In this document: positions 23,201-35,200 of the stretch, in pieces
Layout: each line of letters starts with the position of its first letter
How positions within the stretch are numbered: position 1 is the stretch's first letter
Assembly: GCA_032718475.1 (NCBI GenBank)
Contig: JAUCBJ010001977.1
Location: 1 to 64,000, forward strand
Source of the DNA: Nemertoderma westbladi
Lineage: Eukaryota > Animalia > Xenacoelomorpha
Reading direction: 5' to 3'
DNA: 64,000 nt
Translations under genes and position numbers: made by a program
Notes under the pieces: generated by a model
Databases searched by the model: none
What the model was told of the DNA's origin: nothing
What the model saw: the letters and a program-made list of their open reading frames with translations, nothing else

Positions 23201-26200
23201 GAACTTGTAGCCGGTGGGCGGAGGCTGTAGGGAGGCGGACAATGGTTAGAAGATGGCCTCCCGTTTTGTCTGTAAAGGGCTTTTTAAGTCGAAACTACAA
23301 AGATGAAAGTTTGTAATAATATGATATGTGGAAACAAAACCATAGTGGGTGTGGTTGAGCATCGAACATAATTACAAACTAATTGAATTATTATGTTAAT
23401 AAATACTAAAGTGCTGTACAGCAAAACTCTGAGCATGAAAGTAACTAATTTCTTACCCACCCTCAGCAAATAGCTCGAATTAATGATAAACTATTTATTG
23501 TCTGTTCGAGAACGGAATATACGGATATAATACCTGAAGCAAATTAATCTGTATAACTACTGAGTCCGCAGGCCGAAGTAGTTCTACATGATTTATTTGC
23601 TGTACGTTGCTGTACAGCACTTTAGTATTTATTAACATGATAAATCAATTAGTTTGTATTTATGTTAGATGCTCAACCACACCCACTATCGTTTTGTTTC
23701 CACATATCATACTAGAAAGCCAGCAAACTGGCTTTAAACGAACCTGCCCCTCAAACCAGTACCCTGAGTGAGCGAAAATGAAAACACGATAATTGCCTTC
23801 AACTCAACGATAGAAACACCAGCTGCTGGTACTCATGAGGGCCTAGTAAGCTACTACTATTTATTGAATGGATTGCCCAAACTGCAGAGAAGTATATTAA
23901 CTTGCCAAATTGATTACTATCTCACTCTAACCCTGTAACCCAGACAGTAATCAAACATCAACTGTAAGTTTGTATAATGTATTACCCCACCAGATGAATA
24001 CCTCTTCCCAGTGAATCCTATGACAATAGTCTATAAGGTTACTCAATGCTATGTTAGGTGGGAGGGAGTTGATGATAATGAATGAGGAGGGACACAACTA
24101 ACACTACGTTTGTCTATATGGACGGTCTCCTTACAGCTGGCTGGCTTTTCTAGTTGAATCATATTATTCCGCAACTAAATAATTTACTCTTTTAGACGAA
24201 TTTGTGCGTTTTTTTGCCGGACTAACAAATTTTTGCGACGTTCTGTGCGAGAATGGCGATATTTGAAAAGATTCTGAGGCTCAAATATGTTGCTCAGATG
24301 ACTGAATATCTCAAATAAAAAAGTTGGTGCATACTCGACGATTTGAAATCGGTGAAATTCGACTTTAAATTTTCAAAACCGCTATTTTTCAGTGACCCCG
24401 TGATCGAAACGCCACAAAAAATATACAGTCTTGTGCGCAACCAAAATTTATGGAGAGTTTGTTATTAAAATTTTTGCTTACCTGCTTGAGTTTTTGAGAT
24501 ATTGGATGGTTATACATATATATATATATACACACACATAACCACATCGTGTTTTTGAACGGCTCAACTCTTGACAAGAACTACCCTGGCCTATTAATAG
24601 GCCGGTTCGTTACTATTACAAACTTTCATCTTTGTAGTTTCGACTCAAAAAGCCCCTTAAAGACAAAACGAGAGGCCATCTTCTAACCATTGTCAGCCTC
24701 CCTACATCCTCCGCCCACCGGCTACAAGTTCGCCTCTCTCAGGCTACAGTAAAAAGCAGCAATTATTTTTGAAAATAATTCTTTATTTTGGCGTACAGTA
24801 ATGCATCTCAATTTCCTTTCCTTAATGATTTTAATTTCGCATTCTTACGAAAGCTTTGTACTACAGACTGATAAGGAAATGGCATAAGGAAATCATTATA
24901 GAGTTAAATTAAAATCCGTTACGGTAGGCTAATTCTCTCTAAAATCAGTACAAAACGTGAAGATTAAGTTTAGATACTTCCATCGCAGTTCCACCTTGCG
25001 TAGCTGCGCTTTAAATATATAGATTTTTAGTACAATCGATTACTAGCTAGTATATTATCATAATATTTCACAATCTTAAATAAATATTCATGTTTCTAGT
25101 ATATTACCTCGAAAAATCAGGATTATACGGATATAATACTGGTTTGTTACCCCAGCAACGTGTAAAAAAAAGCGAGAATTAATGAGAAACGGCTATAATA
25201 AATTCAGCAAATAAATCATGTACGTAATCAATCATCTTTTTAATTATTTTATGTTTTTGTCTCTTTTATGTTGTTAAAGAAACTAGTTTTGGTGGAAATA
25301 ATTATGATATTTTTTAATTTACGACGCCATGCGGGGCAATGAAATATTTATTAAATTTTTATATGAAAAATATTAATTTTTTTGTTAATTAAAATTTTTT
25401 AAATTTTTAATTCTTTAAATTTCAGTTAGTTAATTTCTTTAAAACCTGTACAGATACTAATTCGTTTATTGTTTTGGTTAGTCTGTTTTTAGTTTTTAGT
25501 GAAACCTGGTATCCTTAACATTAGGGTAAACTGCAAAGGTAAATATAACAGGAGAAAGTTTGGTATACGTCACGTTATCGTTGTGCAAATAATTAACACT
25601 GTTCGCTTACTTTTTGGTTATATATTTACAATAATGATAATAAATTCTTTCTTTACATACCGACGCTGATCAGTTGACATAACGTAACAAAATTAAATAC
25701 ATCATTGCGTGCAAAGGTCACTTTTCAGCGTCAACCCTATTAGTACCGGGCTATAAAATGTTGTACAAATAACGGGGGGGGGGGGGGGGGGTAATATTGA
25801 CCCCTCCCTCTAAAATCTACAAATTTTAACGTTTTTAAAATTTGTACGTAGATCTCACTAGTCCGAATTTGACCGAAAAAAAAAATTTCGAAAAAGTACT
25901 GGGGTGGTTTGGTTATTTTGCTGCAACAAAATTACAAGTAGTGAACAATTTTCATAAAATTTGAAAGTTATAATTTTCGGCTAATTGTTTTTCAATACAG
26001 GTTTTCTGGGGTGCATTGGAAAGTGTTTAAACATGATCTTATTATAAATGGCTGTTTTAGTACTCTACTGTAGGCAAAAAATGAAAAAAAAACAAGTAAC
26101 CAGCACTTTTCAGTTAGAACACAAAATTTTTAATTCACTTATACGATGCTATATATTCACATTATTAGGTTTTCAGGGGCGCTGATTCTAATGGAATACA

Positions 26201-29200
26201 TTTTTAATTTGCCAGATCATTGCTAATTGTATTTTTCGGCGTAATATGGCAAATTTTGGTGCTAGCACCAAATTTCGTACCCATCACCAAAAAGTACAAG
26301 TTTGAGATGTCCAGTGCTGGTTTTTATTGATTCCATCGGATTCAGGACCCCCCCCCCCCCCCCCCCCCCCCCCATAAACCCGTATAACGCAAGAAACAAG
26401 ATGATACTATCTATTGATCAATTTGCTTATTTTCAAAATTTGGTGTTGGCACAACAATTTTCACCTGTGTGCACCTGTTTTCACCACAGTGCAACTCGTA
26501 TATATTCCATCGAAATCAGAACCCTAGACAAACCCCTATTGCTCAAAAAACAGGTTCAAACAATCAGTTTACTAATTTGACATATTTCAAAATTTGATGC
26601 TGGCACCAAAATTGGCACCCGCCGAAAAAAAACAATTTTGAAATTTCGAAATTAATTTAGATTAATTCCACCCAATTGCAAACACCAAAAAAACCGGTTT
26701 AAATCAAAAATAGAGATGTTACAAATCATATTTAAATGAAATGTAATTTTCAAAAACGCCTCAAAAAAAGTGCCAAAAGTAGGGTTAAAAAATGGTGCTA
26801 TAACTCGAAAACTAACCAATATTTTTGAAAACCGTTTTCACTATTAGGAAGACAATAGATTTTTAGGAAAATTCACAAAATTTCAGATTCCCTCTGCGTT
26901 TGTTCCAGAGTTATAACAAAAAAAAACCACGGGAAGGGTCATATTGACACCCCCCCCCCCCCCCGGGGTTTAATAGGGTTAAAGAAAAGCGCAAAGTGTT
27001 ACTTTACACACAATGATGTAAATAGTTATTATTTGTGGGGAAATATTTGTAATTAATTAATTGTGACCCATAACGACGCAAATAACAGCTGATTATTCTC
27101 AAAAATAAAACTGTAACCTGTTCTACTGTGCTTAGTTTATTGTTTTGGTTAAAATAAGGCGCCACTGTAACCTGCTCCTTTCCCTTAATTGAGAATTTAA
27201 CATTGAGGCGGGTTTTGCGTCCAGTTTCCCCCCCCCCCCCCCCCCCCCCCCCTGTCTCAAAAATAATGGTTTTTAACTTTTTATTGGTTTCATATAGATA
27301 ATTTAATGGATAATTTCTCATTGAAAACCGCTTGTTGTTATATCTTTTTTAGTTTTTATTGTCGGTTTTGTAAGACAAGGTCCAGCGATGATTTCATAGC
27401 AAAATTCAGAGAAAATTATATTTAGTTTTCAAACCGCCATTTAAAGTAACTGGAGGGATTTTACAAACTTCTGATATTTGCACATTACTGAATAGATATT
27501 CAATAAGGTCAACTGAATTATGGCTATGAAGTTGTTCTTGGTCAGTTTTTTAATTTATTTCGTCAGTTTAAACTTTTAAGATTTAACAGATTCTGGATTG
27601 TCGTGTCTGTATTTTTGTCTCTGTCTGTCTGTATTGATATGTTTAAAAATAAAGAAAGTGCAAAAAGTAAAAGTAAAGTAAATTCTCTTCGGCCGCTAGG
27701 CCAGGGATTACGCACAATGCGGTCCCCCCAGAACTTTACTCCCCAGAGGAAACTCCAGTACTCGTTTCGCTACCACTAAGGATGCAAGGCATAGATGCGC
27801 CCTGGCTGGTCCCTTTAAAGAATTCGTGCCGAAACGAAAACTGCCCTGGTCCATGTGAGGATCGAACCCACGACCTAAAGGAGATGTGAATTCAATGCAA
27901 CCACTACACCAAGGTGGAACCTCACGACCGAGTCAACGTTTTCTTGGTCCGGTAATTTATCTCCGATGTCAGTTTTAATGTTTGATGGCATTTACACTAA
28001 AAAATAACATCAAAAATGGATTCACCGACCTGGAAAAACCCCAAAGCCATATTTTAGCAAAGTTACATGATTTTCTTTATTTTTTGACAGACAAACAGAC
28101 AGGAAGATATTAACACAGTTTCTGTAAGTGGTGCAACCTAAAAAGTTCGTTTTCTGGATTCTACGTTAAATTTGGATCTTAAATCAATAAGAAAAACAAA
28201 TTTTAATTTTTTATATTACGTGGACATAGGACATTTATACTGAGAAATGTAAAGAAGAGGTACACCCCCACCCCCTGTAAGGAAATAACTCCTTATTCTC
28301 AATCATTAACAATACAGTAGGGGGAGGGGGTGGGAGTCACTGCGAGAGAGTAAAAAGGTTCGAAAGAGAAAGTGGATACAAATAATGGGAAATTAGCTTG
28401 TTGCTTTGGTTAGTAACAATCTCACTCTAATATAGCTGTACCTTTCCGATAATACGAAAAGTGGAAAAAATTAACTAAAACACATTTTTTCTGAATACGT
28501 TTGTGACCATTGGTTGGTTTGGTTGGTTGCTTGGTTGGTAGGACTGCATAATAATCATGCGTGATGGTCCACTGCTACAGCAAGATAGTGGATTCAAGTT
28601 AACTTTCATCCACGGCAGGGAACTTTCATGAGGTCAGTAGTAAGCCAATTAAACAAAAAACGAATATGCTCACTTAGCCAGTCCTTGAGTAGGAGGAATT
28701 GGCATACACTACGATAAAGGGAGGAGTTATCGCAGTTAGCCAGTTAGAGGCGAAGTTGTTGGGAATTATCGTTCCATGCACCTGCCAAATATCGTCAATC
28801 ACAAACAATCAAATATTAACAATATCTGGAGTAGGAGGAGAGACAGTGCGCCTGCTAAATAGGATACCCAATCATTGTTATTATTATCATAATTAACAAA
28901 TAAAGACAATTTGTTTTCTTATTTGTTCGTTATAATTTAAGGAGGTAGAAGGAAATGCCATGCCATTTTTTTTTTTAGTTGTCCATTTAGTTGTCCAGTT
29001 AATACAAAATGCCTAAAGCCATATGGCAACACTTATCAGAGATTTGTTACAAATTAATAAGGGTAGTAGGTGTCACTGATCTTATGTATCATGTTGTAAT
29101 AATGTCGTGCTGGTGTGCCTACAGGCAGAATATTTCGGTAACTAAATAACTCCGGAAGCGGTTCAACTGATAACCATAATTATCGATTGTGGGCTGCAGT

Positions 29201-32200
29201 GTTACATGCCTTGCAGGGTTGTAGCAGGAGAGAAAACGCCCTGCAATAGGTTGCTGGCGCGGGTAGCGAGACTTAGGCCTCGCCTGTGTCTCTTAATGTT
29301 AAACCAGCTTAGCTTTTATCTCAGAATTATTACATTTTATTATTCATACTAAGTTAAGCCGAGTTCACATTGGAGGAATAACGGAATAGGTTTTGCTTAT
29401 TTCTAAAATTTAAGTTTCACATTCCTTATTATTCCATTGTAATCTGCATGTTATGCGAACACGTAAGCATATTATTTAGTATTTAATTAATACTGTAACA
29501 AAAAGCTGTCACATTATTAATAATTACAAATTTGAGGAGTTTGTTGTTATAAATTATTATGGGTTTCCCATCTATAATACCCGGAGTATTATTCGCCTTC
29601 CTTGCCATCATCCAATCGACATTGCTGAACACGATGATTCTGGGCCCAATGTACCTACTGTCCCCCATCAAACCCAAATGGTTTCAACGCGTATTCGAGT
29701 TTGCGGGGAGTATTAGCGGTTCGTATTACGCCGGCGTCATAGAGATTTTATACGGGATTAAAATTCACGTGTATGGTGACGTCATCAAACCAAATGAATG
29801 GACTATTGCAATGATGAATCATAGGTAAGTAAAGAATTGCTAATTGGCCATTCCGATCATGGCTAAGAACAGGACGTGCACCTACAAGTCCCACATATGA
29901 ATTATTCATGGTACAGTGTACCAGTGCCATCAATTTCTGTCATTTAATTACTTAATAATACGGTTTATTGAACATTGCATGCTTCCCACAACCCGCTGGT
30001 TCTGAATTCCCCTGACTTTGCTGGTGTCGGCCTGGTGGTGATACCAACATCAGCCACTACTTCATCGCCATGGTTACGCTAAGCCGCCAAACTAATAATT
30101 CAAAGTTGTTCATGGAAGTACTAACATTAATGATAACTTAGAAATCAACCCTTATTAGAAATGCAATGCAATTTAAATTTAATAATAATCAAACAATACA
30201 AATATTTCAATAATTAAATCTCAACAGGACCTGTTTCGATTGGCTGTTCTACATGAATGCCCTAATACGTTACAACTCGCTGGACACCGGTAAAATTGTC
30301 ATGAAAGACGAACTGCGAAATTTCTTAGGTCCCGGGTGGCACACACAAGCCTGTGGATTCTACTTTCTCAAGGTAGGTCTGTAACACAGACGTGTAGATT
30401 CTACTTTCTCAAGGTAGGTCTGTAACACAGACGTGTAGATTCTACTTTCTCACGGTAGGTCTGTAACACAGACGTGTAGATTCTACTTTCTCGAGGTAGG
30501 TCTGTAACACAGACGTGTAGATTCTACTTTCTCGAGGTATGTCTGTAACACACAAATTGTAATGCCTAAATTCTATCGCAAGTCGACAGGCTTGGTAGCA
30601 GTAAATAAAATAGCGAGTGACTTTCTCCGTGTACATCTACGGATAGCAACACAAAATATGAGAAAAGCATCTTCAATTATATGTGTAGCGAAATGTGAGG
30701 CTAATACTAACAGACCTCCAAAGGTCCACCACATATATGTATTATCATATAATCAAAAATAATATAAAATATATATTTCTACATCTTCAACAGGGTTGGT
30801 TACCACACAAATTATTTTACCTTTTTATTATTTTTAGAGAAAACTTGATTACGATACAATGTACTTAAAGAGTATGGTGGATTACAACACAAGCGACAAG
30901 ACACGGCCTCACAGTCTGCTACTGTTCCCCGAGGCAACCAACTTCTCAGAGCGAAGCAAGCAACGGAGCAACTTATTCGCGAATAAGTCGAACCTTCAGC
31001 CATACCAATACGTTCTCCATCCACGGATGGGAGGCTTCGTCCGATTGATTCAAGGTTACCGTAGCAACATATGTTTGGACTCAGTTTACGATATAACTGT
31101 AGCCTACAAAGGAGAGATACCACAGGACGAATTGGACATAATATTAGGGAAGTTTCCCAATTCCATTCACTTCTTGGTTCGTCGCTACGACGTTACTGAG
31201 ATACCAGAACGCGACGATGAGTTGGAGTCGTGGTGTCGGAAGTTATGGAAGGAGAAAGAGGATACGTTGAAAGCGTTCTACGAAGAATCGCTAGAATTTC
31301 CTAACGAAATCGGGACAAAAACCTGGCGAATGCACCCCAATAAGTTGAGACTCATAATATGGATTAATCTAGTGGGCGGAATTGGACTTATAACAGGGGG
31401 TCTATACGTAATGTACGTAGAGCCCAAAGTTACAATGTGTGTGTTACTAATGTGCGTTGTACATGTGGTAGTCTGCAAATTGGTGGGGTGGGATTTAGTT
31501 CAGTGTAGGGCTTACCAAAACAAAGCGAGATAGAATATAGTGGATTACAGTTTGCCATCCTAGGTTTGTATGGAACGATTGGAACTTTATGTTTACGGAG
31601 TGATGCAATTATTGCATTGAATCATTTTTGTTTATTTTCAAAAATATTAAATTATTTTTTCATTTATTTGAATTTACTAATAAATTTATATCATATATTT
31701 ATTCTTATTGTATATAATAAATTTGTAATTTTCCACATACTTGTGGTACTTTGAATAACATAATGTACTTGTAAATATATCACTATATTTATATCGGATG
31801 TGTGAGTATAGTTAAGTGCTGGTAACCCCTTCCCCTGCTGCGAACTGGTAACCCCTTCCCCTGCTGCGAACTGGTAAATCCTTCCCCTGCTGCGAACTGG
31901 TAAATCCTTCCCCTGCTGCGAACTGGTAAATCCTTCCCCTGCTGCGAACTGGTAAATCCTTCCCCTGCTGCGAACTGGTAACCCCTTCCCCTGCTGCGAA
32001 CTGGTAACCCCTTCCCCTGCTGCGAACTGGTAAATCCTTCCCCTGCTGCGAACTGGTAAATCCTTCCCCTGCTGCGAACTGGTAACCCCTTCCCCTGCTG
32101 CGAACTGGTAACCCCTTCCCCTGCTGCGAACTGGTAACCCCTTCCCCTGCTGCGAACTGGTAAATCCTTCCCCTGCTGCGAACTGGTAAATCCTTCCCCT

Positions 32201-35200
32201 GCTGCGAACTGGTAACCCCTTCCCCTGCTGCGAACTGGTAACCCCTTCCCCTGCTGCGAACTGGTAACCCCTTCCCCTGCTGCGAACTGGTAAATCCTTC
32301 CCCTGCTGCGAACTGGTAAATCCTTCCCCTGCTGCGAACTGGTAAACCCTTCCCCTGCTGCGAACTGGTAACCCCTTCCCCTGCTGCGAACTGGTAACCC
32401 CTTCCCCTGCTGCGAACTGGTAACCCCTTCCCTTGCTGCGAACTGGTAACCCCTTCCCTTGCTGCGAACTGGTAACCCCTTCCCCTGCTGCGAACTGGTA
32501 AACCCTTCCCCTGCTGCGAACTGGTAACCCCTTCCCTTGCTGCGAACTGGTAACCCCTTCCCCTGCTGCGAACTGGTAACCCCTTCCCCTGCTGCGAACT
32601 GGTAACCCCTTCCCCTGCTGCGAACTGGTAACCCCTTCCCCTGCTGCGAACTGGTAACCCCTTCCCTTGCTGCGAACTGGTAACCCCTTCCCCTGCTGCG
32701 AACTGGTAACCCCTTCCCCTGCTGCGAACTGGTAACCCCTTCCCCTGCTGCGAACTGGTAACCCCTTCCCCTGCTGCGAACTGGTAACCCCTTCCCCTGC
32801 TGCGAACTGGTAACCCCTTCCCCTGCTGCGAACTGGTAACCCCTTCCCCTGCTGCGAACTGGTAACCCCTTCCCCTGCTGCGAACTGGTAACCCCTTCCC
32901 CTGCTGCGAACTGGTAACCCCTTCCCCTGCTGCGAACTGGTAACCCCTTCCCCTGCTGCGAACTGGTAAACCCTTCCCCTGCTGCGAACTGGTAACCCCT
33001 TCCCCTGCTGCGAACTGGTAACCCCTTCCCCTGCTGCGAACTGGTAACCCCTTCCCTTGCTGCGAACTGGTAACCCCTTCCCCTGCTGCGAACTGGTAAC
33101 CCCTTCCCCTGTTGCGAACTGGTAAACCCTTCCCCTGCTGCGAATTGGTAAACCCTTCCCCTGCTGCGAACTGGTAAATCCTTCCCCTGCTGCGAACTGG
33201 TAACCCCTTCCCCTGCTGCGAACTGGTAACCCCTTCCCCTGCTGCGAACTGGTAAATCCTTCCCCTGCTGCGAACTGGTAACCCCTTCCCATGCTGCGAA
33301 CAGGTAACCCCTTCCCATGTTGCGAACTAGTAACCCCTTCCCCTGCTGCGAACTGGTAACCCCTTCCCCTGCTGCGAACTGGTAACCCCTTCCCCTGCTG
33401 CGAACTGGTAACCCCTTCCCTTGCTGCGAACTGGTAACCCCTTCCCCTGCTGCGAACTGGTAAATCCTTCCCCTGCTGCGAACTGGTAAACCCTTCCCCT
33501 GCTGCGAACTGGTAACCCCTTCCCCTGCTGCGAACTGGTAACCCCTTCCCCTGCTGCGAACTGGTAACCCCTTCCCTTGCTGCGAACTGGTAACCCCTTC
33601 CCCTGCTGCGAACTGGTAACCCCTTCCCCTGCTGCGAACTGGTAACCCCTTCCCTTGCTGCGAACTGGTAACCCCTTCCCCTGCTGCGAACTGGTAACCC
33701 CTTCCCCTGCTGCGAACTGGTAAATCCTTCCCCTGCTGCGAACTGGTAACCCCTTCCCTTGCTGCGAACTGGTAACCCCTTCCCCTGCTGCGAACTGGTA
33801 AATCCTTCCCCTGCTGCGAACTGGTAAACCCTTCCCCTGCTGCGAACTGGTAACCCCTTCCCCTGCTGCGAACTGGTAACCCCTTCCCCTGCTGCGAACT
33901 GGTAACCCCTTCCCTTGCTGCGAACTGGTAACCCCTTCCCCTGCTGCGAACTGGTAACCCCTTCCCCTGCTGCGAACTGGTAACCCCTTCCCTTGCTGCG
34001 AACTGGTAACCCCTTCCCCTGCTGCGAACTGGTAACCCCTTCCCCTGCTGCGAACTGGTAAATCCTTCCCCTGCTGCGAACTGGTAACCCCTTCCCCTGC
34101 TGCGAACTGGTAACCCCTTCCCCTGCTGCGAACTGGTAAATCCTTCCCCTGCTGCGAACTGGTAAACCCTTCCCCTGCTGCGAACTGGTAACCCCTTCCC
34201 ATGCTGCGAACTGGTAACCCCTTCCCATGTTGCGAACTAGTAACCCCTTCCCCTGCTGCGAACTGGTAACCCCTTCCCCTGCTGCGAACTGGTAACCCCT
34301 TCCCCTGCTGCGAACTGGTAACCCCTTCCCTTGCTGCGAACTGGTAACCCCTTCCCCTGCTGCGAACTGGTAAATCCTTCCCCTGCTGCGAACTGGTAAA
34401 CCCTTCCCCTGCTGCGAACTGGTAACCCCTTCCCCTGCTGCGAACTGGTAACCCCTTCCCCTGCTGCGAACTGGTAACCCCTTCCCATGCTGCGAACTGG
34501 TAACCCCTTCCCATGTTGCGAACTAGTAACCCCTTCCCCTGCTGAGAACTGGTAACCCCTTCCCCTGCTGCGAACTGGTAACCCCTTCCCCTGCTGCGAA
34601 CTGGTAACCCCTTCCCTTGCTGCGAACTGGTAACCCCTTCCCCTGCTGCGAACTGGTAAATCCTTCCCCTGCTGCGAACTGGTAAACCCTTCCCCTGCTG
34701 CGAACTGGTAACCCCTTCCCCTGCTGCGAACTGGTAACCCCTTCCCCTGCTGCGAACTGGTAACCCCTTCCCTTGCTGCGAACTGGTAACCCCTTCCCCT
34801 GCTGCGAACTGGTAACCCCTTCCCCTGCTGCGAACTGGTAACCCCTTCCCTTGCTGCGAACTGGTAACCCCTTCCCCTGCTGCGAACTGGTAACCCCTTC
34901 CCCTGCTGCGAACTGGTAACCCCTTCCCCTGCTGCGAACTGGTAACCCCTTCCCCTGCTGCGAACTGGTAAACCCTTCCCCTGCTGCGAACTGGTAAATC
35001 CTTCCCCTGCTGCGAACTGGTAACCCCTTCCCTTGCTGCGAACTGGTAACCCCTTCCCCTGCTGCGAACTGTATTTTAGTTGTTTGTTAAGGATTTAACT
35101 GATGTGCTGTAGTTTGTAATATAGAGACATTTTGAGAGGTGAACAGGTTTACCGACTAACTTTGTTAACATTGTTAAGATTACCTTTTATGGCAATGATC

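Noticed and set aside
31691-34514. 845-, 509- and 395-aa ORFs of ([26 protein letters not shown])n
   Set aside because: The same peptide appears in all three frames because of the 26-bp unit; this is a repeat artefact.
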